A stretch of DNA of 63,892 nucleotides, the filler included, from Octopus bimaculoides (taxonomy: Eukaryota): NCBI RefSeq assembly GCF_001194135.2. It is 6 parts of 6 records of this genome, joined end to end, with 100 filler letters (N's around TTAATTAATTAA, not from the genome) between each part and the next. Parts side by side here need not be neighbours in the genome. Positions count along the whole stretch, not along the records: positions 22,189 to 51,315 come from NC_068984.1; positions 51,416 to 56,429 come from NC_068985.1; 4 more parts are not named here. One strand, written 5' to 3'. Positions 40,085-53,722 of this stretch are shown in pieces (the stretch's first letter is position 1; the number at the start of each line of letters is the position of its first letter). The translations under genes were made by a program, and so were the position numbers. The notes beneath the pieces are model-generated. The model ran no database searches. It was not told the DNA's origin and was given only the letters and a program-made list of their open reading frames with translations.

Positions 40085-40452
40085 TGCGAGGAACAGGGAA
40101 ATGTGAACAACCTGAGACCCCCTTCGGTCATGACTGACCATGGGATTGCACTTAGGAAGTTACCCTCACCAGGCACAAGTCCGGGCAAGGTTGTTTATGG
40201 AAGACCAGCAGTGGCCCATGCATACCGACCTCCCCTCTCCACGCCACCAGTGTTATCCAAGGGAAAGGCAAAGGGGCCGATACAGCTTGGCACCTGTGAC
40301 GTCGCAACTCATTTTTACAACTGAGTGAACTGGGGCAACGTGAAATAAAGTGTCTTGCTCAAGAACACAACATGCAGCCCGGTCCGGGATTCGAACTCAC
40401 AACCTCGCGATCGTAAGCTCGACGCTCTAACCACTGAGTCATGCGCCTTCAC
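40085..40452 (-). mobile_element. SINE with a family C-type head and a different body (related fragment at about 18050-18200)
   Basis: tRNA-like head at 40370-40450; TTCTTGAGCAAGACACTTTATTTCACG module. Confidence 0.7.
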
Positions 40453-40589
40453 AACCATGTGAACAACCATAAAGTTAAAAATAATAAAAATAAAAATAAT
40501 AACAGTAATAAAAATAGATCAGATAGATACAAAATGTACTACAATAACCCCATTATACTACGAAGTGTTGAATCATCTAACAATAATAA

Positions 40590-41330
40590 TAAAAATATTA
40601 TTAATAATAATATATGGTTGATACTGCCTTTTGCGTTACATATTAAGAGTAATCTAGTAAACTCTATTCTTTCAATTATTAACTCTAATGCAAGTATAAA
40701 TGTCAATAACACATTTTTACAGAGCAATGCATCTTCTCATAATATGGACCGTTCACCTAATATCCCTGAGGCCAATGTTACACCTAATAACTGTGCTTAT
40801 AGAATTAAAAGTAACAGCTTATTTTGAAATGCATGTAAGCGTAAAAGCGTAGAATATCAATGTACAGTAACGGCACAAGGAATGAAGAATTGTTATATAA
40901 GTTCGACACAGAATCAGATTAAGAAACGTTTAGCCTCTCACATCTATTCCTTCAAAAATAGACGTTGATCTGGTTCCACTGGTTTGAGTAAATTTATTTG
41001 GGAGCTAAAAGATAATATACAGTATGATTTAAAATGGAAAAAATGGAGCTAAAAGATAATATACAGTATGATTTAAAATGGAAAATACTAACCTCCACGC
41101 CCTCTTATCAAATAAATACGAAGTAAATGTCGTTTATGCCTAAAGGAAAAATTCATTATGCTCTTGGCGAGATACCCTATTCTTAACCTTTGCGATGAAC
41201 GCAACGTTTCTTGTATTCATAGGACTTAATTTGCATTCTCAAAATATTGATACAATATTATTTACTTATTTATTTTAGTTTACAACTTGCATTTGCCTCC
41301 ATGTCTAACCCATTTGATTACATATTTATC
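40590..41330 (+). mobile_element. Penelope-like element, GIY-YIG endonuclease remnant
   Basis: NCAYRIK...VEYQCTVT...YISST...KKRLASH...GLSKFIWELK...Y.LKWKIL...CRLCLKEK, with stops and frameshifts; upstream linker WLILPF...KSNLVNS. Confidence 0.72.
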
Positions 41331-42130
41331 TTTTTTCAACTTTACTGCATTAAACTCCTCTTTAAGATCAACACATTTTAACCTCCGGCTTTATGTATGG
41401 ATATATATTTGGCCTTATATTAATGTTCATGTATATCTTATCCCTGCATAACATATACTTATATATCTTATANNNNNNNNNNNNNNNNNNNNNNNNNNNN
41501 NNNNNNNNNNNNNNNNNNNNNNNNNNNNNNNNNNNNNNNNNNNNNNNNNNNNNNNNNNNNNNNNNNNNNNNNTCACGTTCCCGTTCATCGGATGAACGGG
41601 AACGTGAAACTCAGAGTAACAGACTTTTTGTTATATTTCTGCTGCTTTTAAATAAAGTATATATATATATATGTATATATATATAATCATTTTATATTAC
41701 AGACTGCACACACACACACACACACACACCAGTGGTGGTCTAACAAATTCGTTGAAACGCCGTCGGAATGAACCCTTTCCGATATTATTCACTCCGGCTT
41801 ACTGAGCTCTGAGTTCCAATTGCTCCGTGGTCAGTTTTATTTTTCATTGTTCCGAGTTCGATCCCTATCACTCTCTCGACTACGACTGTAATTCAAAGGT
41901 CGAGTCAGCTACTTAAACGTTAATTGCACTAATTAGGAATTTTGTTGTTCGAACAATAGAGTGCTGAACATAGACAGTGCAAAGGAATTCACTACACACA
42001 CATACATACACACATACACATACACGCATACACATACACGCATACACACACACAAATACATACGCGTGCGCGCACGCACACGCATACATATATACATATA
42101 CATACATATATACATATACATACATATATA

Positions 42131-42383
42131 CAATAATCCCTCAACTATCGCGGGTGTTACGTTCCAAAAAACCCCGAGATGGATGAAAATCCGCGAAATA
42201 GAAACAGTACCGTACTGTACATTTTTTTTAGAATTATTTTCATAATTTGTATATATTTATTTTATTATAAATGCAAAACAACACCACGGAGGAATCGGCG
42301 TAAGCTTAAAAAATAAACCGCCATAGATGAACCGCGATAGGTGAACCGCGATAGGAGAACCGTGATATGGCAAAAGATTACTG
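42131..42383. mobile_element. Tigger/pogo-like MITE
   Basis: Imperfect terminal inverted repeats CAATAATCCCTCAACTATCGCGG ... CCGTGATATGGCAAAAGATTACTG; left end preceded by TA; subterminal GAACCGCGATAG repeats. Confidence 0.55.
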
Positions 42384-43107
42384 TGCATACACGCTTACAT
42401 ACACACACATGTATGTGTGTGAGTGTAAGCCTAAACACAGACTGACATAGAGACAAACAGACGAATGGACGGATGGCCGACTGACAGACGACAGATGGAC
42501 AGGCAGGCAGAGTAGACAGATGTTGGTTTCTCTGCTGATGAAGGCTCAACATGAGGGCACAATTTTATACTCAACTAATACACTTGTTTGTGGTTCATAC
42601 ACTTGTCTTCATCTTTTGTTTTTCTATAAATTTCAACTATATATATGTATATATATATNNNNNNNNNNNNNNNNNNNNNNNNNNNNNNNNNNNNNNNNNN
42701 NNNNNNNNNNNNNNNNNNNNNNNNNNNNNNNNNNNNNNNNNNNNNNNNNNNNNNNNNNNNNNNNNNNNNNNNNNNNNNNNNNNNNNNNNNNNNNNNNNNN
42801 NNNNNNNNNNNNNNNNNNNNNNNNNNNNNNNNNNNNNNNNNNNNNNNNNNNNNNNNNNNNNNNNNNNNNNNNNNNNNNNNNNNNNNNNNNNNNNNNNNNN
42901 NNNNNNNNNNNNNNNNNNNNNNNNNNNNNNNNNNNNNNNNNNNNNNNNNNNNNNNNNNNNNNNNNNNNNNNNNNNNNNNNNNNNNNNNNNNNNNNNNNNN
43001 NNNNNNNNNNNNNNNNNNNNNNNNNNNNNNNNNNNNNNNNNNNNNNNNNNNNNNNNNNNNNNNNNNNNNNNNNNNNNNNNNNNNNNNNNNNNNNNNNNNN
43101 NNNNNNN

Positions 43108-43266
43108 TCATCCACATGTACATATAGATACATAACTGGGTACATGACGTGGCAAAAGAACAAGGACAAAAATGGTAAACAAGGTGCAACAAACAAGCAG
43201 GCCACATAGAAACATCCCCTTCATCAGCTGCCACCATTAAAACTCCGGCGTTTCGAAGAATTAAGG
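43108..43266 (-). repeat. Young dispersed repeat (Penelope-terminus-like); inverted near-identical copy at 56530-56687, older copy at about 39060-39179
   Basis: Three differences over about 158 nt between the two copies by manual comparison. Confidence 0.8.
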
Positions 43267-44416
43267 CAGTACGCATCGTTAAAATGGTTCTTCCCACGAA
43301 CACAAATTAAATTGTTTTCGTGGAGGGTAGTGGCGGACGGAAAACAAGACAGGAAAACGAAACGGTGAAATAAACAAACAAAAAGGCTGTACAGCCAGAC
43401 GCGAAGTGTGTATGTCTCGAACGCTGTATACCAGAACTAGCAACCACCGAATTATATATTCCTTGATCTGACCCAAAAAAAGTCATAGGGCACCAGATCT
43501 TTATTTCCTATACAAAACAATACGCCACTCATTCAGTATTGAATAAGAGGCTCCGGATATCTACAGAAAAAATTACCAGCTTCATACAGATAAATATACT
43601 CTACATGTGTTTTATACTCTCCCTTTCTTTTGTTTATTAAACTAAAGATGTATAAACACAAATACACTTAGACATACATGCATACTTACACATGCATATA
43701 ATATATACATGCATGCATACATATACACAGGTATGCATACAAGCATACATACGTACGTACATACATACTTACATACATACATACAAGCATACATACGTAC
43801 GTATATGCAAATATATATAAGCATGTCTAGATATGCAACTATATGCATGAGAATACATACATAAAGCATATGAATTTGAACATACGTACATACATACATA
43901 CAAACATACATACATACATACATACATACATACAAAAATACTTTGTTGTTGATGTTGAAATTCCAATGATGGAAGCTTGTATCTTGGTTAGAAACCGGTT
44001 CTTTCTCTATTGGCAAGAAATCTTGAAATAAACTGAAAAATGACATACATACATACATACATACATACATACATACATACATACATACATACATACATAC
44101 ATACATAGAACCTCATGGACAGGAGAAGAAAAATATTCAAACGGCCAAAATAGAGAGTGACAAAAAAAATATTGCCAATATTTAGACCGAATTGCATAGA
44201 AAGATCAGAAACGCGGAATAAGTGGGAAAGAATAAAGAAAAAGAACATAATGTCTTAGTAAATCCATTTGGTGGTGTGATGTAAGGGATATGTAGCTCGG
44301 GTATGTTGGCAGAGTGGCAGGGTTAAAGTTAATGATGCTAAGGGAAAAGGCTGTAAGCTATATTTTAATGTGGAAGTTATCTCATACATTTAAAAGGAAA
44401 TAGCAGATAAAATAGA

Positions 44417-44417
<1 letters not shown>

Positions 44418-44488
<71 letters not shown>

Positions 44489-44489
44489 G

Positions 44490-44556
<67 letters not shown>

Positions 44557-44654
44557 TGATGATAACAACAACAAAAATAATATTACTAATGATGATGATG
44601 ATGATGAGGATGATGATAATGATGATGATGGTGATGGTGATGGTGATGATGATG

Positions 44655-44717
<63 letters not shown>

Positions 44718-44880
44718 GTTATCAATTANNNNNNNNNNNNNNNNNNNNNNNNNNNNNNNNNNNNNNNNNNNNNNNNNNNNNNNNNNNNNNNNNNNNNNNN
44801 NNNNNNNNNNACTAATGATGATGATGATGATGAGGATGATGATAATGATGATGATGGTGATGGTGATGGTGATGATGATG

Positions 44881-44943
<63 letters not shown>

Positions 44944-44950
44944 GTTATCA
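44418..44950. repeat. Compound (AAT)/(GAT)/(ATT) repeat spanning a gap
   Basis: Direct reading. Confidence 0.93.
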
Positions 44951-45771
44951 ATTAATCGGAAACCGGAAATGAAGGAATGCTAGCAAGGGAGATAAATAAA
45001 TTCGTATGTCAAAAGCTAGATAATATATTTCGAGCTAACATTGCCACCGGACACAAAATACAAATATGCACCATCGAACATGCATTACACAGATATGAAC
45101 GCATACATTTACATATGTGTACATTCGAACAGAACGGCGCGGAAACAAATGCACAGACACAACGAGGCGCATATACACACACATTTGTGTGTGTATGCAT
45201 GTATGTATGTATTTATGTGGTTGTGTGCGTGTATTTCCAAGTAAGTTTTGTCTTAATCATTCTGATGAGCACTCTATACGATCTTTTCACTCTTTCGTTT
45301 TTCTCTCTTTTTCTCTCTCTTATTCCTTTACCTCCTCTTCTCCCACTGTTCTATCCTATTACTCTGTCACTCTCTCTCTCACTACTCCTCCCTTACATAC
45401 CCAATGGACGAGGACATGCTCATTCTTCATCAGTTGCCAACCAAATATCATAGCAATTTCGACACCTACATACGTGCATGTGTGTGTATGTGTATGTATG
45501 TATGTATGTATGTATGTGTATGTGTGCGCGTGTGTAGCCAAATACGGACATACAGAGTACCAAGTGTGTATGCATGGCTGCATGAGGTGTTCAACCATAC
45601 AATTTTTTAAAAATACATACATGTACGTAAGCATTATATATATTCACATACATGCATGCAACATACATACGTACATACATACATACATACATACATACAT
45701 ACATCCATGCATACATACATAAATACATACATACATACTTACATACATTCATACATACATACATACATACA

Positions 45772-45807
<36 letters not shown>

Positions 45808-45979
45808 CATACATACATACAAGTACAAATGAATCTAATCATTTCGGGGAGGAAAAGGTATTAACTGCGAAATCCGTTGATATTCACTTATCTCCCTTGC
45901 TAGCTCTTCACCACTTTCGGCTTTTACTTAACTGATATACCAGATAGGTTTTCTTAGATGCTATCTCAGAATTTGTTGG

Positions 45980-46024
45980 CTTTGTTGTTGTTGTTGTTGC
46001 TGCTGCTGCTGTTGTTGCAGTTGT

Positions 46025-46094
<70 letters not shown>

Positions 46095-46140
46095 ACTACT
46101 ACTACTACTACTGTCACTACTACTACTGTCACTACTACTA

Positions 46141-46204
<64 letters not shown>

Positions 46205-46320
46205 TACTACTACTACTACTACCGCCACTACCAGTACTACTACTACTACTACTACTACTACTAAGAAGAAGAAGAAGAAGAAGAAGACGAAGATTATTAT
46301 TATTATTGTAATTATCATTA
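45980..46320. repeat. Compound trinucleotide repeat (GTT/CTG/CTA/AAG/ATT)
   Basis: Direct reading. Confidence 0.95.
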
Positions 46321-46354
46321 TTAATATTATATATTCCCCACCCACACCCTTAAA

Positions 46355-46770
46355 CGTTGCAAGTTGGCAGAATCGTTAGCCCCTTGGGCAGGATGCTTAA
46401 CTGTATTTCGTCCGTCTTTACGTTCTGAGTTCAAATTCCACCGAGGTCGACTTTGCCTTTCATCCTTTCAGGGTCGATTGAATAAGTACCAGTTGCATAT
46501 TAGGGTCGATGTAATTAACTAGCCCCCTCTCCTGAAATTGCTAGTCTTGTGCCTAAGTTATTCTTATAAAGCGGTGAGCCGGCAGAATCATTAACATGCC
46601 GGACAAAACACTTGGCGGTATTGCGTCCGTCTTTACGTTCTGAGTTCAATAATCCTTTCTACTATAGGCACAAGGCCTGAAATTTGCGAGGAGGGGTGAG
46701 GTAAGTCGAACCCAGTACTTGACCGGTATTTAAGTTATCGACCCCGAAAGAGTGAAAGGCATAGTGGACC
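46355..46770. mobile_element. SINE family B cluster (two plus copies, then a minus 3' half at 46655-46770)
   Basis: Repeated GGCAGAATC.TTA heads; reverse 3' end TTCTACTATAGGCACAAGGCCTGAAATT. Confidence 0.72.
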
Positions 46771-46867
46771 TCAAACGGTAGGCAGGTGTCCCAAGGCGAG
46801 CTCAGCGTGGACAGAAACCACACGTCGAGCAAAAGGGCAAAAGCTCGCTTGATCTCAATTTTCAGTA
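46771..46867 (+). rRNA. Isolated 97-nt 28S rRNA-derived fragment (non-functional copy)
   Basis: TCAAACGGTA.GCAGGTGTCC.AAGGCGAGCTCAG...GGACAGAAACC...GAGCAAAAGGGCAAAAGCTCGCTTGATCT..ATTTTCAGTA matches the conserved eukaryotic LSU domain V sequence as I recall it. Confidence 0.9.
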
Positions 46868-46882
46868 GATATATATATATAT

Positions 46883-46949
<67 letters not shown>

Positions 46950-47258
46950 TAGAAGTTGCTTTTTTCCCCCTTCATATCCTTTCAATCTGTTATCACTCAA
47001 GCTGTTGTACGTCTATCAACAAAACTGCTAAGAGGTTATAGCGGAGGTTAAACTTGTTTTTGCTTCGTTGAGTGTTTAACTTCCTTCCATCTTTGATAGA
47101 ATAGTTCTCTATGATAGGAGATATGTTTAGTCATTCATATTACAAATAAGGCCCAGTTTACGTCACAACACAACGTTATGCACAGTAGCTTAAGGACTGC
47201 ATTCGTTTCCTTTCTTTTCTGTCTTTATTGACTTTATTTCAATAAAAGCTGTCTAGTT

Positions 47259-47302
<44 letters not shown>

Positions 47303-47821
47303 TATAATGGTACAGGACGTCACCAGTTGTAAACAACATGAAGTACATGAACATGCGAGTTGAATATGCAAACAACGAGAGGAAAAAATTGAAAACAGGA
47401 CAAGTAACACAAAGAACGACCCTTCATCTGTTGTCGGCAGTCTATCTACTCCTCATTTCTATATTCCAATGAAGGAATCTTGGATCTAGGTTAGAAACCG
47501 GCTCTTTCTGTATTGGCAAGAAATCTCAAAATAAAATATGACACACACACACACATACATACATACATACATACATGCATACATACGGACGGACGTACGT
47601 ACATACATACATACATACATACATACATACATACACACATACGTGTCCAGCAAATCCAAGAATGGAGGGATTGTAGAAGAACGAGTTATTGAAGCATTTC
47701 ACTTCAGTTACGTCACCAATATGATATAACAAGGTACCACACCTGCCCCTTTCTGATTTTCATCCGGTAAATATCTGAAAGGGTTGGTCTACTGAACATT
47801 AATCAATATTTTATTACTCAT

Positions 47822-48035
47822 AAAGGCGCAAATTGGCAGAATCGTTAGCGCGCCGGGAAAAGTGCTTAGCGACATTTCGTCCGTCTTTACGTTCTAAGTT
47901 CAAATTCCGCCGAGGTCAGCTTTACCTTTCGCCCATTCGGGGTCGATGTAATAAGTACGAGTTTGTCACTGGGGTCGATGTAATCGATTTACCCCCTCCC
48001 ACTTCCCACCACCTCCGAAATAGCTGGCCTTGAGA
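47822..48035 (+). mobile_element. SINE family B
   Basis: Head, B-box and body present. Confidence 0.72.
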
Positions 48036-48221
48036 CAAAATTTAAATGTAATATTTTGTAAATCATATCTTCAATAAATATAAAATACAATTTAATCAGA
48101 ACCGCCCACTCTCTTGCTCTTCTGCTCCCTGTCTCTCTCTCTCTGTCTCTCTCTTTTACACTCTCTCTCTTTCTCTCTTTTACACGCTCTCTCTTCCTCT
48201 TTACATTTCTTGCTCCACTTA

Positions 48222-48261
<40 letters not shown>

Positions 48262-48350
48262 TGCACATACGCTCACGTGCCCGCACACACATTTATACCC
48301 ACAAAATGTATGTATGTATGTATATATATATATGTGTGTATATATATATA

Positions 48351-48391
<41 letters not shown>

Positions 48392-49158
48392 NNNNNNNNN
48401 NNNNNNNNNNNNNNNNNNNNNNNNNNNNNNNNNNNNNNNNNNNNNNNNNNNNNNNNNNNNNNNNNNNNNNNNNNNNNNNNNNNNNNNNNNNNNNNNNNNN
48501 NNNNNNNNNNNNNNNNNNNNNNNNNNNNNNNNNNNNNNNNNNNNNNNNNNNNNNNNNNNNNNNNNNNNNNNNNNNNNNNNNNNNNNNNNNNNNNNNNNNN
48601 NNNNNNNNNNNNNNNNNNNNNNNNNNNNNNNNNNNNNNNNNNNNNNNNNNNNNNNNNNNNNNNNNNNNNNNNNNNNNNNNNNNNNNNNNNNNNNNNNNNN
48701 NNNNNNNNNNNNNNNNNNNNNNNNNNNNNNNNNNNNNNNNNNNNNNNNNNNNNNNNNNNNNNNNNNNNNNNNNNNNNNNNNNNNNNNNNNNNNNNNNNNN
48801 NNNNNNNNNNNNNNNNNNNNNNNNNNNNNNNNNNNNNNNNNNNNNNNNNNNNNNNNNNNNNNNNNNNNNNNNNNNNNNNNNNNNNNNNNNNNNNNNNNNN
48901 NNNNNNNNNNNNNNNNNNNNNNNNNNNNNNNNNNNNNNNNNNNNNNNNNNNNNNNNNNNNNNNNNNNNNNNNNNNNNNNNNNNNNNNNNNNNNNNNNNNN
49001 NNNNNNNNNNNNNNNNNNNNNNNNNNNNNNNNNNNNNNNNNNNNNNNNNNNNNNNNNNNNNNNNNNNNNNNNNNNNNNNNNNNNNNNNNNNNNNNNNNNN
49101 NNNNNNNNNNNNNNNNNNNNNNNNNNNNNNNNNNNNNNNNNNNNNNNNNNNNNNNNNN

Positions 49159-49227
<69 letters not shown>

Positions 49228-49469
49228 ATGGGAAGAGACAGATCAGACGAAATACAGAAAGGAACGACGATGGGGAAAGAGAAACGGCATTAATTGCGTC
49301 ATTTACTGATAAACACTAACGTAAACCAGCAGCAGCAACTGCAGCAACAGCAACTGAAGCAGCAGCAACTGCAGCAGCAGCTTTGTCCTTCATGTTGTTT
49401 GGAAATCACTGACATAATATGACAGAAAAGAGTTGATACTGCGGTAGGTAGGTTGTCANNNNNNNNNNT

Positions 49470-49500
<31 letters not shown>

Positions 49501-49714
49501 TTGTTTTGTCACGTCGACCCTGCTTCAGAACATCTATGTTCAAAGATGTTGCAGACGTGAAACATCTCGTCTTTTTTTTTCTTTTTCCCCCTCCCCTCGA
49601 TGCAGTGCATAACCCAGGACTTAATTGTCCAGTGTAAAACCTTCTGTCATCCACCCCGACCTCCATTTCTCATTCATATCTTTATATGAAAAGGAAGAAG
49701 GGTCCTTCACGAGT

Positions 49715-49905
49715 CATTGTCTCAGAAGGCCGGCTACCCGGCTTCTGTGTAAATATTCCCTCACCCCACTTTACCAGCTGAGTAGACTGGGACAACGTAA
49801 AATGAAGTGTCTTGCTCAAGAATATCGCGCATCATCCAGACTAGGAATCAAAACCACAATCTCATGATCACGAGTGCAACACCTTAACCACTAAGCCACG
49901 TGTCT
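49715..49905 (-). mobile_element. SINE family C-type, 5' part
   Basis: GTGGCTTAGTGGTTAAGG head and CTTGAGCAAGACACT module. Confidence 0.62.
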
Positions 49906-50584
49906 CACACACGCGCATACACACATATATGTATGTATGTATGTACATGCAGGCATGTATATACATGTATATATTTTTATGTATGTGTGTATGTATGTGA
50001 TTGTTCAGTTTTATTTTAATATTTCTTGCCGAGAGAGAAAGAGCCGGTTTCTGACCTAGAACCAAGGCTCCTTCATTGGAATTTCAGTATCAACAACAGG
50101 GTATTTTTGTATATCTGTATGTATATTTGTATGCATGTATGTATGTATGTATGTATGTATGTATGTATGTATGTATGTATGTATGTACAGATTTGTATGC
50201 TTTGTTTTATGTGTGTATTCTCATGCATATAGTCGCATGCCTAGACGTTATGTATGTATGTATGTATGTAGGTAGGTAGGTAGGTAGGTAGGTAGGCATT
50301 TTTATCAGACACTTTGCAGCGCACCCAACTATGAATCATTATGTATAGGGGTGTTGGAACATTTCTTTAACCAAATGTTATGTCATTGGAGTCAACTGTG
50401 TCAGCCATCGAAACATTTATTTACCACCGATGAAAATTGTAATCGCTATTTACACCTTCGAGTACGAAGGTGTCGAAATAGAAGGCAGCATACAAGGCCG
50501 TATGGTAAGAAGTTTGCTCTCCAAACGCATGGTTCCGGGTTCAATCCATATTCTTTTTTTCTTTCTGTTTTTCTTTTTTTTTGT

Positions 50585-50830
50585 AAGCCTAGTGCTTATT
50601 ATATCGAGGGCATAAACAAACTAACACCGGTCGTCAAGTGGCGGTGGGCTACAAACACAAACGCAAAGGCAAACGATCTCCTTTCAGTTTCCGTCTATCA
50701 AATTCACTCAAAAGGCTTTGAGGTTATAGTCGGCCCAAGGTTATAATAGAAGACACTTGCCCAAGGTGTCCCGCTGTGGGACTGAACTTGGAAGCAAACT
50801 GATCGGGAAGCAAACTTCTCACCACACAAC
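50585..50830 (-). mobile_element. SINE family A, with a short plus-strand head at about 50490-50545
   Basis: Body and head in reverse orientation. Confidence 0.65.
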
Positions 50831-51175
50831 CACGTGATGGTTAAAATAGAGAAGAAACGATGCCATTGGTGCAAAACATTAACAAACCTCGACTTAACAG
50901 GGATCCCAATCAGAACACCCCCACCCCCACTAGACCCTATAAATATCTCATCCCTAAAATATGCTCAACCAGACAGCAATCTCGCTGCTATCTTTCGATA
51001 TGATAAATATTTAAGATTCTCCGACTTCCAAATGAAAATGTTACAAGCTCTTTCGCTTCATAAAGATCAACATTAGCTATGATTTAAGACGAAACCTCCA
51101 TCAGCACCCCTCCCCAACTACACACACACGCACATACACATGCACATACACACACTCACCCCCCACACACATATG

Positions 51176-51218
<43 letters not shown>

Positions 51219-51428
51219 CACAACAGACATACACCCATACGCCCAAATAGAAGTGTGGAGGTCTAGAAATATTGGAGAACTAACCTGGTAACTTTCTGTC
51301 CCAGGCACACAGAAANNNNNNNNNNNNNNNNNNNNNNNNNNNNNNNNNNNNNNNNNNNNTTAATTAATTAANNNNNNNNNNNNNNNNNNNNNNNNNNNNN
51401 NNNNNNNNNNNNNNNGTGATAGATAGAT

Positions 51429-51461
<33 letters not shown>

Positions 51462-52748
51462 TATAGCTCGCTCCGGCCAGTCATGGTATTAGCTGTCAGT
51501 AGCCAAAGAATCGACAGGCCAGCAACAGGCATGCAGGCAGACAGACAGATACTTCACTAGCAGTGAGCACTTTCACTTCTGACAGCTAATAGCATGATAG
51601 TGCCGAAGCAACGCTAACGGCAACAACACTAACAATGAAAGCAAAAGGCACCGGAGGGGGTGATGCATACCCTACACGCAGATAAGTTTTTTTTCGCGAA
51701 AACGTTAAAAACGAATTGGCAAAGGAATTTGAATGTTATTTTAGGGGGCGGGGTGAATTAAAATTAAGAAAAAATAACATAAAATGGATCAAATGTACTG
51801 TAGTTCGTTGTAGGATTTAAATAATATGACGACTTGCTTATCGGCAAATTTGTAAGTTCAATTTTTTTTTTTTTAATTTATTTTATTTTAAGTATCACCA
51901 TTATAAGTATCTATATTCCGGTGAAGTTGAGAAATCAACTTGAAAATAAACGAAACCCTCAAATCGATCACTGTACACACGCACATACATACGCAGAGAC
52001 GCATATCTATGCATGTATTTATGTATGTTTGAAGATAATCAAACTAAATTTTCATCATTTCAAGCCACTTGCCCAATGAGTATTTCTGCCAAATTTGGTG
52101 AAAATCCGTTCAGCCGTTTTGCAGTAATTTTGCAAACACACAGACCAACAGACTGAGACGNNNNNNNNNNATTTTTTTTTTTTTTTTGTAGCGATGGCTG
52201 CAAAATCAATGCAATATTTTTCGCTCTCGCTAAGCGATTAAGAGGCACGTCTCTCAGAAGCGAAGAAACTTGTGAAGTTGAATGGGATGAGGGTACAAGT
52301 TACTATCACAGCCGAATCAACGTGTATCGGTTAAAACCAGACGCTTAGAAGCAGTGATACACACCCGGGTGGAAAGAACTCTGAAAGAAATATAGTCAAA
52401 CACAGATCATGTGAAGAGGGCAAGACAGTTCGGGAGCGTAAAGACCCCCCCCCTTCAAGAGAGAATCACTCGTATTGAATTCACCTTCTACATAAGCTAT
52501 TTAAGGAGACAGACGTCACGTTAAGATGGAGAGCGTTTCGCCTGAGTTAGACATTTGATGGTTGCTGGCGTGTGTCAATCTAGAGGGTAGTGAAACCCCA
52601 CTTGAAGTGAAGCGAAAAGATAGGACGTGTTGGTCAGAGACCACTGTAGATATCCTCCTCTGGATCGAACTGGAAGAGGAGCAAAAGATTCAAGAACAAA
52701 TCCACCTACCCCACAGTTTAGATTTTTATTGTAGCTGCTGTGATTTTC

Positions 52749-52749
<1 letters not shown>

Positions 52750-52779
<30 letters not shown>

Positions 52780-53075
52780 GGTGGTGGTGGTGGTGGTGGT
52801 GGTGGTGGTGGTGATGATGAAAGCGATGTCGATGATGACAAGGACGTCGACGACGACGACGATGATGATGACGATGATGAGGACGATGATGATGATAACG
52901 ACATCGACGAGGACTACAAGCGAAGTCGAAGAGGACAAGGCACAGACGGCCAGGATGACAATGACGACGACGATGACAATGATGATGATGACGAGGATAA
53001 TGATCAAAATGGTGATGACGACGGCGATAATAGTGATGACGATGATGATAGCGATGACGATGACGACAACGACGT
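52750..53075. repeat. Compound/degenerate (GTT)(GGT)(GAT/GAC) repeat
   Basis: Direct reading. Confidence 0.9.
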
Positions 53076-53686
53076 TGATACAACTGTTAATCTATTTGGT
53101 GCTATCATTACAGAATATGATATTATTTTTCATGTTATTGTGAGTGTTGTTATTTGTTAAAATGAACACAACATACAAGACATGCATTTACTTGTAATGA
53201 ATCTTTGACATACAAACTAAAAGAACACACACCCAAACACAAATATGTGCACATCGCTGCATACTTACACAAGCTCACATGGTATCTCATTCATTCTCTC
53301 TCTCTCCCCCTCTCTCTCTCTCCATCTCTCCGCGCCCACGTACATAAATATTCATTTACACATCTTACTGCAGACAGGAAAGCAAGATTATAAAAGCAAG
53401 GCTATCTCACGGTCACTCACTCATTCTATCTATGTATCTATCTATTTATCTATCGATTGATCGATATATCAGTCTGTCTGCTTATTTATCTATCTCTTCT
53501 TTGAGTCTGTCCAACTATCTATCCATCCATCTATATACCTATGTATAAGCATATATATGNNNNNNNNNNNNNNNNNNNNNNNNNNNNNNNNNNNNNNNNN
53601 NNNNNNNNNNNNNNNNNNNNNNNNNNNNNNNNNNNNNNNNNNNNNNNNNNNNNNNNNNNNNNNNNNNNNNNNNNNNNNNNNNNNNN

Positions 53687-53722
<36 letters not shown>

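Noticed and set aside
40441-40827. 128-aa Asn-rich ORF
   Set aside because: A fusion of a SINE end, AAT repeats and the decayed Penelope linker.
44581-44950. Duplicated GAT/ATT block on both sides of a gap
   Set aside because: Same contig-overlap signature around the gap at about 44729-44810.
52575-52720. Protein-like minus frame GFVLESFAPLPVRSRGGYLQWSLTNTSYLFASLQVGFHYPLD
   Set aside because: No pyrimidine tract at the candidate acceptor and no family I can recognise; several frames are open by chance.
52744-53160. Long Asp-rich open frame ending ...EYDIIFHVI before GTGAGT
   Set aside because: No start or acceptor; it is a degenerate GAT/GAC repeat of the kind common throughout the window.
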